64,000 bases of DNA from Antedon mediterranea (GCF_964355755.1 NC_092679.1:92201-156200); one strand, 5' to 3'. Positions 1 to 21,460 are shown, counted from the stretch's first letter. The notes: generated from the sequence alone by a model not told the origin. Numbers and translations: made by a program.

Positions 1-703
1 ATTATTGAGATGTAGACGGAAATCTGTAAAATCTTGTTCAATAAATAATAACTTCGTTTTTGCTGTCAACCAGGCCGGTATTATAATAAGTCACTGTCAA
101 ACAATCATTCGATAATGGTCAAAACTTTATTTTGGCTCTGTCAACATAAAGGGAGGTATTTACAATGACTTTCTTTTGACTGTCAATCTAGGCCAATGTT
201 ATAATAATACGCCGTCAGATATTAAATCATTGAAACAGTCCTGGTAAATTTTTTTTTGGTTATCAGATGCCGAGGGGGGGGGGGGGGCTATCAATTATCA
301 GAAGGTGAACAATCAGTCTAGGTAGCAGCAGCAGATTATTAGTATAGGAACGCCTGCTCCATTAATTAATCCAGAAAAAGGTTTGTACATTATCTATTTG
401 TTTATTAGCCTTCTCCTAACACAATTATATTTTCTTTAAAAAAAGGTTTTATAAGTGGTTTCAACATTTATGATAGTAATGTCACAGTTCTGTGTCTGGA
501 CGCAAGTTCATAGACCTACTAGTTATATTATTCATATTAACTGATACTTACTCTTCATTTACCGTAAAGTTCAGTTTTAATGAAATATATAATATAAATT
601 GGCTTCGTAACAATTAATTAATTAGTGTTGAAAAGGTTAGTTTTTTGGTGATAGGTGAAAATGACATGTAACTTCGTAATCAATTTTTTTTTTTTTGTAT
701 AAA

Positions 704-1061
704 GGCCCAATTACACTATGACGATAACGACGGACGATAAATATATAGCATGCATTTTTTTTACATAAACCAAAAGAAATTAGAAAGGTTTTCGTTCTAG
801 ACCTATAGGATAATCATTTATGCTGTCTTTGATAAAATAATGTTTTTCAAATTCCAATCAAATGACGTCATGATAAATAAAAACAATAAAATCGCTGTAT
901 TGTCACGATATTATTGGTCTTACTAATCATGACGTCATTTGATTGGACGTGTGAAAATATAATTTTCATCAAAGGAATTGTTTATATTTCTTTTGGTTTA
1001 TGTATTAAAAAGGCACATTTGTCTATTTATCGTCGATCGTTATCGTCCTAGTGTATGGGCC
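704..1061. mobile_element. Fold-back MITE, PIF/Harbinger-like
   Basis: Ends GGCCCAATTACACTATGACGATAACGAC... and ...GTCGATCGTTATCGTCCTAGTGTATGGGCC are imperfect reverse complements. The inner arms are also inverted (CAATCAAATGACGTCATGAT / ATCATGACGTCATTTGATTG). GGC termini with TAA/TTA-like flanks; no ORF. Confidence 0.65.
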
Positions 1062-1376
1062 TTATGCTGTAAATGTTCAATTAATTGATCATTCCGATTT
1101 TATTAGTTGGACTCTTGCACAGTTGCTGTCTAAACGTTGTTGTGTAATATCATTTCGAACCATATTAAAATCATAAAGAGATTCATATTCCTTAACATGT
1201 GGCTGTGCATGGAAGTCCGGTCTACAAAAACTCGGGCCCGGGATCATTGTTATTGGGCCTGAAAGTGTTGGTGAATTCATAATTATACTTAATATTATAT
1301 TTATATATATATATATATAATTATATTATTATACAATTGAAAGCAAAACCCGTTGAATCTCAAATCATTAGGACTA

Positions 1377-2410
1377 GAAATTTGGCTTATCAATCAAATA
1401 AATACTTTCGTTCAAAATGAAACTCCAACCTCTCTAATCAAAAGATTGAACTCGAAAACGGACCGTTTTTTTGAATTGGGTATGTTGAAACATTTCAATA
1501 TTCATTTAAAAAAGTACATTAATTGTGGTATTGATCAGTGGCTATAGAGGCGTAAAAACCCTCGGTCAATATCATGTAAAATGCACTGTGGAAGGGTCAT
1601 TATTAAGACTGCAAAATTGGGCTTATCAACAAATAAATACTTTCGTTCAAAATGTAAAATCAAGGCTGAAAAATTGGGCTTATCAACAACAAAATATTTT
1701 ATTATTAGACGCGATAACATCAAGGATAATCAGTATAATAATTATTAATATAGCCACTGTTACTAGTTTTATTCTACATGCTAAAGTAAATAAAAATCCA
1801 CTAGAAAACAAACAAGTCTGAATGTTATGCTTATTAGCCATGTTATGTTTGTTACTGTAGGCCTATGATTGTTTGCAATGTCCACATATTATTTCCGTGG
1901 GCATATCCATAGTGTATCACTCACAAAAAAGACGTGTGAGGTTCTTTCTTTAGATTTTGAAGAATGATTTGTGTTACAGGTTGACACATGAGTCAAATGC
2001 TCAAGATATCGGCTAACGCCATGGGACCCTTGGCTTATCAATGAATAATAAATACAGTACCACTTTCGTTCAATTGAAATCGGAATCTGACCGTTTCATT
2101 AAATTGGGTGTGATTAGGCCTAAACATATAATAATTTATTAAAAAGGTACAATAAAAACAAATGCATCAGAGGCGTAAAGAACCCACGGTCAATATGTAA
2201 AATTTATATGGTATAAGCACTGTGGAACGGGTCATTATTATTAAACTGGAAATTCGGCTTATCAACAAATAAATACTTTCGTTTAAAATGTAAAAAAAAA
2301 CTGCACAATTGGGCTTAACAACAAATAAAATACTTTTTTTTCAAAATGTAAAATTAAGACTGGAAAATTGGGCTTATAAACAAATAAATACTTTTTTTCA
2401 AAATGTAAGA
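1377..2410. repeat. Locally duplicated block built from ~55-bp GGCTTATCAACAAATAAATACTTTCGTTCAAAATG units
   Basis: The unit recurs near 1384, 1620, 1677, 2032, 2256, 2312 and 2371. Block ~1380-1690 is repeated, diverged, at ~2030-2405. Confidence 0.7.
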
Positions 2411-3071
2411 AAACATTTTTTAAAAGCGCAAGTGAATTGACCAATCACAAGCGATGGCTTATTCGCTTGTGATTGCTAACTGTCTATAACTTCGCTTGTC
2501 ATTGGTTAAAACGCTTGCGTTGCGTTTACGTCCTTGCGTTACGTTCTAGTGGGAACCAAGCTTTACGTTGCGTTACGTCGTTGTGTTGCGTCTCTAGTGG
2601 GAACCACGCACGATTCATGTACTTTGTGACGTAACAGGCAATTGCTCTGGTTCGACTACTCTCAACTCTAGTTGTGGTTTGAATCTCTACGGATTAGGTT
2701 TTGTTTCTGTTTTGTTATTTTGGGTTTTTAAATAATATATAAATAATAATTATCAATTTTATACTTTATGTGAACAACAATAGGAATACTGAAACTTAAA
2801 CTAAAATAAGAATCAATACTATTAATATTACCATTTTATGGTACTGTAATTTTTATTCATCTTGGATTTTACATAAGCTATTGATAAAAATTCATATTTT
2901 GAATGTAAATTATTTAATGTTCATTTATTAAACATAAATGCATTACGTACTGTATAATAATTCTAAAAATGTTGGAAAAAAACATAGAAATCAAAACAAG
3001 ATGACATAAAAAATCTTTACCAAGCAGAAATGCCTAAAAATCATTAGAAATAATTTGCTTTGTTACATTTC

Positions 3072-3202
3072 AGTATATAACTACAATGTGCTTTTATTGT
3101 ATCTATACATATCTCTGTTTACTATTAAGAACAAGAAGTATATAACTACAATGTGCTTTTATTGTATCTATACATATCTCTGTTTACTATTAAGAACAAG
3201 AA
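3072..3202. repeat. Perfect two-copy tandem duplication (~65 bp) in the probable Rab4 3' UTR
   Basis: AGTATATAACTACAATGTGCTTTTATTGTATCTATACATATCTCTGTTTACTATTAAGAACAAGA occurs twice in tandem. Confidence 0.85.
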
Positions 3203-3944
3203 AGTAAAAACAATAAAATTATTCTTTACATGTAATGTGAAATACCAAGTAAATGTGACGATACATGCGCATTGAGACTTTCTACATAATACAGTGCACA
3301 CAAGTTTATATTTTATGGACGCAGTGAGTACTAAAACATTATTTACATATAAACTATATCAACCCAGTAAACATACACTAAATAAATATTGATTTGCAGG
3401 TATTTATAATAATATACTCATAAACTATATGAATACGACATTTAATATTATACTTTCGGAAATAAATGGTACACAACTATAACTTTATCGAACATTAGCA
3501 AACGTACAAAGCTATCAACATTTTGTTTCTGTTCACCTGTTCCAATTATTACTCCTTTGTATATCTGTCTATTCTAGCACAGCTAAACAATGTCATATTG
3601 AACCCCCCAATGGACTTGAAATTTTATATTAATTTGATTCTAATAGATAGAAATAAATCATGATTTGGAATGCAGAAATATTTAAACTGTTTTAATTGTT
3701 TTTACAAAATGTTGCTTTTTGTTTACTTATCTGTTATCTATTGTTATAAAATGAGCTAAATGCAAAATGAACTGAAAATAATCATTGCACTGATTTGATC
3801 ATGTTTTTTACAACAAAATACATTCCCAATGAGCATTCAAGGATTCAGATAATTGGTCAACTATTATACATATTTTATTATACATTTTATACTGTATATA
3901 GATAAATGTATGATATGTTTACAGTATGTTGTAGTTCTCATTTG

Positions 3945-10151
<6,207 letters not shown>

Positions 10152-11005
10152 GTCTTTATTATTTAGTTTATATATCGCTACAATCTTATTTTAAAGAAAA
10201 CTTAAATAGATCAATTAAAGTCGGCATAAAAATCAATTATTATTTCATTTATTTCCTTCGTAGTCGAATCTTTTTTCGTCGTCTTTTGTCAAGATTGACC
10301 TTTGACATTTTACACTGTTTTTTATTCCTAAAAACATTATGTTCTATGCCAAATCTAAACAAACAAAAATAAACAGTTTTCAAAATACAGTGAATTACTA
10401 TTTATTTCTAATTTAGATATATTATAATAAATCAAATTTAATTTTTCATTACTAAGCTCTGCAGTTTCAAGCACTGACATAGAAGAATAGGCGATTTCTA
10501 TTAATACACAATGATGTAATCGCCTTTGTAACATAAAAACATCGTCACGTCCGACCTGGAATGAATAATAATTAGGATTTAGCCAATTTGTTTAAAGAAT
10601 TACGATTAATCATTAATCACTATTATATCATTTTCCCAAATATCAGGGTTTGTTATAAGAAAGCGTGGCGACTCTATTCATCATCAAGCCATAGCGAAGG
10701 GTCGTTTTACTTAGCTGCTTACCAATTCGTAACACAAAAGTCGGTCGGATTCCGGTGTATATGCGGCGATTGAGGACGTGTTTTTGTTCACGCGATATAA
10801 TAATAATATAAACAATATTAACCACTCAATATTCCCCGCTCGATCAGTATTAATTCTATTTATAGAAATTATGAAAACTTCGAACTCCTCCACGTATGCA
10901 ATACCACATCGTGGCCCCCTCAAATAAAAAAAGGAACATTTTGACATTTTCGATATTGAATCAAACCGAACACTGTAAGCAAGACAAAAAAGATAGTTGT
11001 TCAAA
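10152..11005. promoter_or_regulatory. Putative shared divergent promoter region, Rab4 / ARF-like
   Basis: Start codons at 10151 (-) and 11006 (+) are only ~850 bp apart, head-to-head. CCAAT at ~10583. Confidence 0.55.
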
Positions 11006-12299
<1,294 letters not shown>

Positions 12300-13263
12300 T
12301 TCACCGAAAAAGTAGAAACAGACACTTTTTGAGATTGTGGTGGTAGTCTAAGAGATGGAAATTACTCGCTTAGTATTTTCATGTAGCCTGTATCGTGACG
12401 AGTATACAATTGTATAATGTGGTATCTGAATTTAAATAATCGAGATAAATTTTATTTATATATTTATATAATTCATTCAGATTTATAACATACCGTAGGC
12501 CTACTTACCGGTATTTAATTTAAACTATGTATTGGTCATGACATCTTTTTATTTCATAACGATATTTGTAGATTTTATTGCCTCTAAACAAATTATTGTT
12601 GCATTTAAATATTTTATGCTTCTCTTCCGCATGTTTTTAAAATAAATAATATAATTAAGTTAAGCATGGTATGTCGATGCTCAGACGCAGTAACTCTGTG
12701 AGCTGCCTACATTGTACTGAACAGTAATATATAATTATTATACGTTGTTTTGCTATAATTAGGTACATGGTTGTTCAGTATTGTAATTAAATTTTATTAT
12801 ATTGTTAATCAGTATAGTAATAAATATAAATTTGTAATTAGGAATTTGTTATTTTGAATTCTTCTAACACATCAGTGAAAATGTTGGTGGGACAAAAGTA
12901 TTGCTAAGAAATTGTTGTTTTCATAAAATACATTATAGATATGTTAATGTTTTAAATGTTTTAATTCATTCGATTTTATCAAAGAAATTGTTATACTCAA
13001 TTAATGATTTTACGTCTGACGTCGTGAATAAACACTAATGGTGAAAATGACGTTGTATTGTAATACAATACTGCGAGATTATTTTCTCAGGCCATCCCTA
13101 AACGTTGAAAAAAAGACGAATAAAATGATCGATGTAGTGAATGGTGTACTAAGGTCAAACAAACACGTTACAGATTGTCTTCCTTATTGACTGACGCAGT
13201 AATACTGCTGCACATACAACTCTAAGAAACCGTCAACACATTTAATTTTACCAGTAGTATATC

Positions 13264-13671
13264 ATGGCAAAGGTAAACCTATCTGGTCGATACGTCCTAG
13301 ATAAAAGTGAGAATTTTGAAGCCTTTTTAAAAGCTTTAAATGTAGGAATTATACATCGTAAAATGGCTGGTAAAGTTACACCAACCGTGGAGATCGAACA
13401 AAATGGTGACACTATTGTGATTAAAACAAGTACAACGTTGAAGAATCAACATCAAAAATTTAAAATTGGTGAAGAATTTATGTCGAATATAACATGGGGT
13501 GAGAGGGATTCAAGAGTGCGTGCTTACTGGGAAGGAGAGCGGCTTGTCATTTCACCAGTGGAAGATGATGAAGATTTACCAACGATAACAAGGGAAATCA
13601 TTGACGGAAAATTAGTCCTGACTCAACAAATCAGAAATGTTGTAGCTAAAAGATATTTCGTAAGCTGCTAA
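13264..13671 (+). CDS. Intracellular lipid-binding protein (FABP/CRABP family), intronless, 135 aa
   Basis: Single ORF: GRYVLDKSENFEAFLKAL, KFKIGEEF, WEGERL, TITREI, AKRYF. AATAAA at ~13742. Confidence 0.92.
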   Translation: MAKVNLSGRYVLDKSENFEAFLKALNVGIIHRKMAGKVTPTVEIEQNGDTIVIKTSTTLKNQHQKFKIGEEFMSNITWGERDSRVRAYWEGERLVISPVEDDEDLPTITREIIDGKLVLTQQIRNVVAKRYFVSC

Positions 13672-15349
13672 TTATATCTCAAGTTGCTACATGAACATAC
13701 CACCGTCCTGTTTTACTGCTATATATACCTACACTGTTTTTAATAAAATATATTTTTCTACACACAATTGGACAAATAAAACGGAGCTATAGTTTTTCAC
13801 CAGTGCTATAATAATACCAATGGCTGTAACAGTTGCACAAAATAGTTTACTTTTCTAAAGCTATGGTATATTAAGAGGCCTGACACTTGATCTGCAATTA
13901 TAGGGAAAAGAGTGCATTGAACACTGTTAGGTTAATACTTTAAAGTTGTAGTCGGCTTACAGCTGCAACGGGCCGGAACCGTCTTCCAGCAGGGATCTCC
14001 GCCGTATAGTTGTACTTTTCTAAACAGTACTATAGGTAGGACAATAACACACGTATTTCCATCCAAACATTTTTTAAATTTATACGAAATACAAATTAAT
14101 TAGATTTATAATTCTTTTTCTATCACAGAACATTTATTAAGAATTATAGATAGGGTGACCTAAGAGCGGTATAATAGTTATGCATGCATGTCTATGTCTA
14201 TCCTGCAGTAATCGTGTTTATGGTTTATATCATACATAAGTATATACTTACTACAGGTACTTAGTACCTGCATTTATTTACAAAAAAAACCCTGCATATT
14301 TTGTAAATTTGCTACTATACGTCGATGCTGAGTCATTCACACGGAAATAATCTGTGAAAGTGCTTTCAATCAGACACGATATTATAAATATTATTATATA
14401 ATAATTACTATGAAGGAAGTTTATCAGAAAAATAATAAATATAATACTTAGTTTATAATATACGTGTCAATTGCCATTGTTTTCTTGTGCAAATAACAAA
14501 ATACTGTACATTATTAAAAAACCGAAACTGTATTTATTTAATAAGAAGGAAATTACCGTACAAGGCAGGAAAGAAATTTATTAAACCAATTATACTGTAG
14601 TACAGTGTAGTTTTATAAAGTATGGTGTGCTATTGGTGCATTAAACTGTATAAAATGTGATATCATGTCCTCATCATTCGGGGAAAATAATAATAGTAGT
14701 CTGTTCTTATATAGCGCATATAAGCAGGCTCTCAATGCGCTTAATGCCATAATTATGTAGGAGTATAGTAGTACTAGTGTAATTATTAAATAATAGTTCA
14801 TAGGCGTAGGCTGGTAGATGTCTGGGAGGGTGCGAATCGTAAATGCGACCTACCTAAAATTGTTTTAAAAAGCTGAGGCCCCCGGAAATTACCCATTTGA
14901 AACAATATTTAAGAATCATTTTGAAAATAAAGCTAGGTTCCAGAACTTGCACTTATACTTTGGAAAATGAAACCAAATAAAGTGTCCAGGAGCAGCATTG
15001 GTGAGTGTTGCCAAAAGGTGAACCAGTGAGGCATACATGCATGCATGCCGACCGTGACGTTATTAATTAAAAGAAATTAAAGTATTAAATGCAAAGCGCG
15101 AGCCACACACAAGAGCCTTATTACCAATTTTAATTTTTGTACAATTCATAAAACAATTACAATAATCATAATTTTAAAGTGTGGTGTGTTGACCGCGAAT
15201 GACTAACAATACCATCTTTCCCACTACACCTGCACAACCATTGCATAACAACGCACGGCATACCAAACCTGCGATGAAATATAAATTCAATTTCTTTTAA
15301 AATTGAGGGCGCCAAACATAACATTTACAGATAAAAATACAGGTTTAAC

Positions 15350-15635
15350 AAAAATTAAATTTAAAAAAAAAGACTATGTTAAATGTGTTTTCCCTGCCTC
15401 GGCACTAAGGCCCTGTCAGGCTTATTGGGTCGTCTCCAGCACATCACCAGATGCATTGATGTTGTCGCCTCATGATGTGTGGTGGAAAGGGGGACGTATA
15501 ATCAACAACTCCCTGGTATAATTCTGTGAATCCCAAACACATTTTGCTCGCATAGCTTTAACTTTATTCGAACCCACGATATAGGACCTACGTATTGTTA
15601 ACACGACGCTGCTCAAGCGACTGAGCTAACTGGTC
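15350..15635 (-). mobile_element. Degenerate tRNA-derived SINE
   Basis: Minus strand head CCAGTTAGCTCAGTCGCTTGAGC (A-box-like) ... GTGGGTTCGAAT (B-box-like), followed by a GC-richer body and a T/A-rich tail. Does not fold into a cloverleaf. Confidence 0.45.
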
Positions 15636-16091
15636 ATTTTAGTTTTAACATTAACAAGGTTATGATATTTATGACGTAATGATGAATTACGTAATACACG
15701 TTTGAGTGCTCTCAGCTCTGAAGGATTGGGTTCGAACCTCTACAGATTTATTTTAATGGAAAATAATGAATATTGTTTTTTTTTTTATTTGAAAAGATAT
15801 TTCGAGGGTTGTAAATATCAGGCCTTCAAAGGTGGACCTTTTTTTAAAATCAGAAACAAAGTTGTATGGCATTATTTTCTATTAAATAGACTGCTATAAA
15901 AGTTAAAATGCAATCTAGAACATATTAACAAAATGGAAAAGATCAACTGTGGACTGAATTGGAGTAAAAAACATTTCATTTCATTCTTGAGTTGACTTGG
16001 CAATCAAGCAGTGCTAAATATTGATTTATGACGCATAACACTAAGCCTTATTAAAAACTGTTTTTTACCAAACGTGATAAAATACCTGATA

Positions 16092-16277
16092 CAGTCAACT
16101 CTCCCAATACCGGACACCTTTGGGCCGGCCAAATAAGTCTGGTTTTCCGGAAAGTCTGGTATTCGGAATGTGTTTTTAATGGTAAATATAAATTTGGGAC
16201 CTTTTGGTTCTCAAAAAAAGTCTGGTATTGGGAGAGTTTCTGGTTTTCAGAGAGTCCGGTATTGGGAGAGTTGACTG
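16092..16277. mobile_element. Tc1/mariner (pogo/Tigger-like) MITE
   Basis: TA|CAGTCAACTCTCCCAATACCGGAC ... GTCCGGTATTGGGAGAGTTGACTG|TA: perfect ~24-bp TIR with TA target duplication. Confidence 0.9.
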
Positions 16278-16424
16278 TAATACACATGAGCTTCAAAATT
16301 AGTAGGCCTATGACATGCGACGGGCGCTGTCGACGAGGTGGAGGAGGAGCGTGTGTGTTATGACCCAAAACATGCTAGACATGACAAAGGGCTGCATGTA
16401 CTGCACTTAGTCAAATGGGAAGGT

Positions 16425-17243
16425 TGTTGAATCCACAAATGTGAAAACGCCCACAAATGTGAAAACAACCACAAATGTGAAAACGTATCACCCACAAATG
16501 TGAAAACAACCACAATGTGAAAACGCATCGCCCACAAATGTGAAAACAGCGCCCACATATGTAAAAAAAAACCCTTTTCGCCCACAAATGTAAAAAAAAA
16601 ATCCAAATCAAATTTAGTGCTAGGCCCAAACAATTTTGATCGAGTTAATGCTAATGTATTTATATACATTGTATCAAGTTGTTTCACGATTAGGGTCGTC
16701 GTTAACGCGTTGGATTATTACCATTTGCTGCTTGTGCGCGCGATATGTGCATGTTAACTCTTTGGTTTAATGTACGTATAGTTCAAAATGATATTTGTTA
16801 TTTGCGCGTGCACGATACTCCAAGATCAAGGTCATGTGTTATATCATTGTTGCTTGTAGTGTGTAGTTGTTAACTCGTTTGCTAATTACTATTATGTACG
16901 TATAGTTTTCCAAGTCGATGCAAAAAACATCGAACATTGTAAGCCAACAACCACACACACATATATCGTAAATACACAATTATTGAAACAACTCAATACA
17001 ACCATGATATAATGTATTAACTCGATCAAAATTGTTTGAGTCTAGCACTAAATTTGATTTAATTTTTTTTTTTTTTTTACATTTCTGGGCGATGGTCGTT
17101 TTCACATTTGTGGGCGCTGTTTATTACATTTGTGGGTGATGCGTTTTCACATTTGTGGTTGTTTTCACATTTGTAGGTGATGCGTTTTCACATTTGTGGT
17201 TGTTTTCAAATTTGTGGGCGTTTTCACATTTGTGGGTTCAACA
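16425..17243. mobile_element. Non-autonomous TIR element with TGT...ACA ends and tandem sub-terminal repeats (Ginger-like?)
   Basis: ~250-bp inverted arms: TGTTGAATCC(ACAAATGTGAAAAC..)n...ATCAAATTTAGTGCTAG versus CTAGCACTAAATTTGAT...(GTTTTCACATTTGTGG)n GTTCAACA. Flanks AAGGT / AGGGT resemble a degenerate TSD. Confidence 0.8.
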
Positions 17244-17413
17244 AGGGTCTTGGTTAAACAGGAGTCATCATATTAAGTATAAAACATTTAAATTTTTGCT
17301 TATTTCTGTTTTTATTGGCAATATGAACTTGAATGGAAATATGAAACCGATATAACAAAACAAAGGTGCTCTGACACTGTTATTAGCTGATTGAATAGGC
17401 TTTCAGCCATGAC

Positions 17414-17604
17414 AATATTTTATAGGCTATACGGTACGCATATTATTTTATAGGCTATACGGTACGCATATTATTTTATAGGCTATACGGTACGCATATT
17501 ATTTTATAGGCTATACGGTACGCATATTATTTTATAGGCTATACGGTACGCATATTCCATAGGCTATACGGTACGCATAGGCTATACGGTACGCATATTA
17601 TTTT
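17414..17604. repeat. 28-bp minisatellite, ~7 copies
   Basis: Unit TATTATTTTATAGGCTATACGGTACGCA. Confidence 0.92.
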
Positions 17605-18614
17605 CAAATACTCAAATAAAACGATTTCTCAAGAAACTTTGTAAACAATGTATGACTAATTTGTTGAGGATTGTCTTATCTAACTAAAGATTTTGACAAG
17701 CAACATTACAATTGACAGAGTAACATTCACGAGGAGCACGGATTTGCCATAAGTGTATTATGTTGTTGTGTTCAAGACGTGCACATTCAATCGTTCAAGG
17801 TCAAAATGTAATTTATAACATTTAAAGTGATGAAAATAAAATAATTTCGTAAGCGAGTGATTATCTAAATTGTTCAAAAGTACCGTGATGTGAGTCGTAG
17901 GTATTTTCTGTCAATCATAATTGACCAGTAGTAAAACCTTTAATTGTGATAGTAAATCACACTTCAACGATGTTGCCTTCCGCTAAAATCGTTTTAAGAA
18001 TTTCCGGATCAGTCATTTAGGCCTGTGAACTTCGCTTAATGCGTATTGTCACATTAAGTACCCATAATGCTTTGCGAATTCAAGTAATTGTAGCTCTTAT
18101 AATTTATTAAAATAGGCCAACTAATCTGACAGTACGGACACTGTGTTCTAGAAACAACAAATTATCCAATTTAGATCGAATTCTAGGCTAAGCCACCTGG
18201 TCATCTTGTGAAAAGATACACCGTACATCCTCAGGGGACAGCCTTCCATAGGTGCTGCTTTAATGGTGATCTTAACACGCAATTTCCTTATTATTAATCT
18301 GGCTATCATTTTTTTACGTTTTAATTTTGTTTAAACCTTAATAGTCTAATGAATATATCAAATAGGCATATATCTTTCAAAAAAGGAGCGATACAAAATG
18401 ATTTAAATAAGCAGTAACAAGAAAAATAATACGATAAAATGAAAAAAATAAGTAGTAGGCCTATATTTGCAAAATGAAGAGATCGCTATACAATTAAAAA
18501 ATATCACAATTAGGGATGATGAAAATGAAATATCGAATGCAGCCTGGTCAATCTGCAATGTAAGCCATGACCCTTTACATAATCGCTGTATTTTTTATAT
18601 TTTTGAATGTGAGA

Positions 18615-18649
<35 letters not shown>

Positions 18650-19704
18650 ACATATATATCATTGTTTAGGTGACAGCGGGGTAGCGAGCAATTCCGTCAA
18701 ATCGTAGCTGATACCTTGTCTAAATCATTGAAGGGCCTACGTCCACACTTCTTTGACAACATAGGTTTCATTTTGATAGAATGTTCATATTGATCCGTAA
18801 ACGCTTACCCGTCCGTGATCGTATCTTACTATTAATCAATAAGCTGGTCTATTAATACCTGCGAGATGTTGGAAGGTTGTCAGTACAGTCATCGTGGATC
18901 AATGCCGATGTAAAGGTTATAGAAACAACCCAATTTACACGCAGATATTATTGATAATAGTTATTTGATTATAGTCAATCACTTTGTGAATTTATTATTG
19001 TGTTAATACATTCCACCAGTAACATAATTGATTCAAATTTTTCAGAAGGTTTGATTGGTTAACAGTTTTAATAGACATACGTATATTTTCATGTTATATA
19101 TCTATGTGTTTAAGAGTAGACGTATATTAAACAAGAGAGTGATACATCACTTTTGATCCAAATTATTCTTAAATAATTTCTGATTGATTAATGTACTTTG
19201 TGTATGACATTTTTGTAACAACAGAAATGACATTAATATCTGATGTGATTGATGTTTGATTTGTAAAGTACGTTTAACGTTAATTTATGTATGTTTTATT
19301 TAAATTCATATTAAGAAGAGTGAAGGTCAAAAATGTTTTAGTTTTCCTCATTAGATTCAATAGTAGGCTATACATCTCAATGTCATCGGCCTTGTGGTCA
19401 TTATGACTAAAGTGAAGGCCCAACTCAGGGTTTCAGCTCGCGAATTGTAAAATTTCCACGAATTTCCACGAATGTGTACCGTTTGTTTTCTGAGAGGTTG
19501 AGCCATGGTCTCACATGAGATCGTTAAGCAAATTAAGTAAATTGGGCTAATGTATGTTTATTAATGGAAAAGATCAGTCCGATTTAAATACGGTATCTTC
19601 ATCATCTTTCACAAAATGTGTAATAGTATAGGCTATGCTTAAAATTCATTTAAACCTGAGATGTAAAAATATAATATACACAATGTTTCAAATGATTTTT
19701 TAAA

Positions 19705-20655
19705 CATTAATAATATTCAACGAGGATAGGAACGATGAGACAATGTGCATTAATAATATTCAACGAGGATAGGAACGATGAGACAATGTGCATTAATAAT
19801 ATTCAACGAGGATAGGAACGATGAGACAATGTGCATTAATAATATTCAACGAGGATAGGAACGATGAGACAATGTGCATTAATAATATTCAACGAGGATA
19901 GGAACGATGAGACAATGTGCATTAATAATATTCAACGAGGATAGGAACGATGAGACAATGTGCATTAATAATATTCAATGAGGATGGGAACGATGAGACA
20001 ATGTGCATTAATAATATTCAACGAGGATAGGAACGATGAGACAATGTGCATTAATAATATTCAACGAGGATAGGAACGATGAGACAATGTGCATTAATAA
20101 TATTCAACGAGGATAGGAACGATGAGACAATGTGCATTAATAATATTCAACGAGGATAGGAACGATGAGACAATGTGCATTAATAATATTCAACGAGGAT
20201 AGGAACGATGAGACAATGTGCATTAATAATATTCAACGAGGATAGGAACGATGAGACAATGTGCATTAATAATATTCAACGAGGATAGGAACGATGAGAC
20301 AATGTGCATTAATAATATTCAACGAGGATAGGAACGATGAGACAATGTGCATTAATAATATTCAACGAGGATAGGAACGATGAGACAATGTGCATTAATA
20401 ATATTCAACGAGGATAGGAACGATGAGACAATGTGCATTAATAATATTCAACGAGGATAGGAACGATGAGACAATGTGCATTAATAATATTCAATGAGGG
20501 TAGGAACAATGAGACAATGTGCATTAATAATATTCAACGAGGATAGGAACGATGAGACAATGTGCATTAATAATATTCAACGAGGATAGGAACGATGAGA
20601 CAATGTGCATTTTAATAATATTCAACGAGGATAGGAACGATGAGACAATGTGCAT
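19705..20655. repeat. 43-bp minisatellite, ~22 copies
   Basis: Unit CATTAATAATATTCAACGAGGATAGGAACGATGAGACAATGTG, nearly invariant. Confidence 0.97.
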
Positions 20656-21460
20656 TTTTGTATCAATATTTATTTCTATATCAATTGTCCTCATCCAGCA
20701 AAAAAACTTACTAACAACAAAATTAATGTATCGACGAACTACAAAAGCACGATGATGAATAAATAGGAAAACTGTGACCATAAAAAAATCAACGTTTTCA
20801 GACAATTGTTAGTGGTAGGCCTAAATGTTCTTAATGTTTTCACTAGTGTTTAATTAAAAAAATGTTATTTATAGTATTTGTAATATCGAGCAAAGGAATA
20901 AATGCAAAAATCCTGATAAATTACTGATCTTGTCAGGGAAGAGTCAGTTTTCCCTGATCTTGCATTATAAATTAATAGATATTTTCGTCAAGTGTCTGTC
21001 TGCTTTTATCACAACAGATCGTTCGATTGAAAGTTAAACAAAGAATCAATCTTGTCTGGCGTTCGACGACGATAAAGTACAGCGACTTGATCAACTATCA
21101 GTATCAAATAAACAAGATAACATATGCGATTGTTTGATTAATGTAATGTTATGCAGGGTATTAATTAAAATGTACGCGGCACCGGACATACAGTGAGAGT
21201 AGACTCAATACATTTTTTTTCTTTAAAGAAATAAAGTTAAAACTTCAATAACACATATTTTTGCCCGTTATGTGATATTGTTACATTTTATTTCGTGAAG
21301 AGAACATGGAGGAATTACAATTCCTCATGATTTAGAACATCCGCGATTTACATGAAAAAAATATATATAGGCCTATAAAAGAATTTACCAAAAAAAGAAA
21401 TACCATAGTCTTTAAAGTTGCGTAAATTCTCCCAACTTCAGGTATTTTAAAATGTAGACG

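Noticed and set aside
320-385. Possible exon of an upstream gene (QQQIISIGTPAPLINPEK followed by GTTTGT)
   Set aside because: No polypyrimidine tract, no recognisable homology and no downstream partner exon.
16051-17355. Several 66-109-aa ORFs with FSHLW/FHICG repeats
   Set aside because: Artefacts of MITE sub-terminal repeats.
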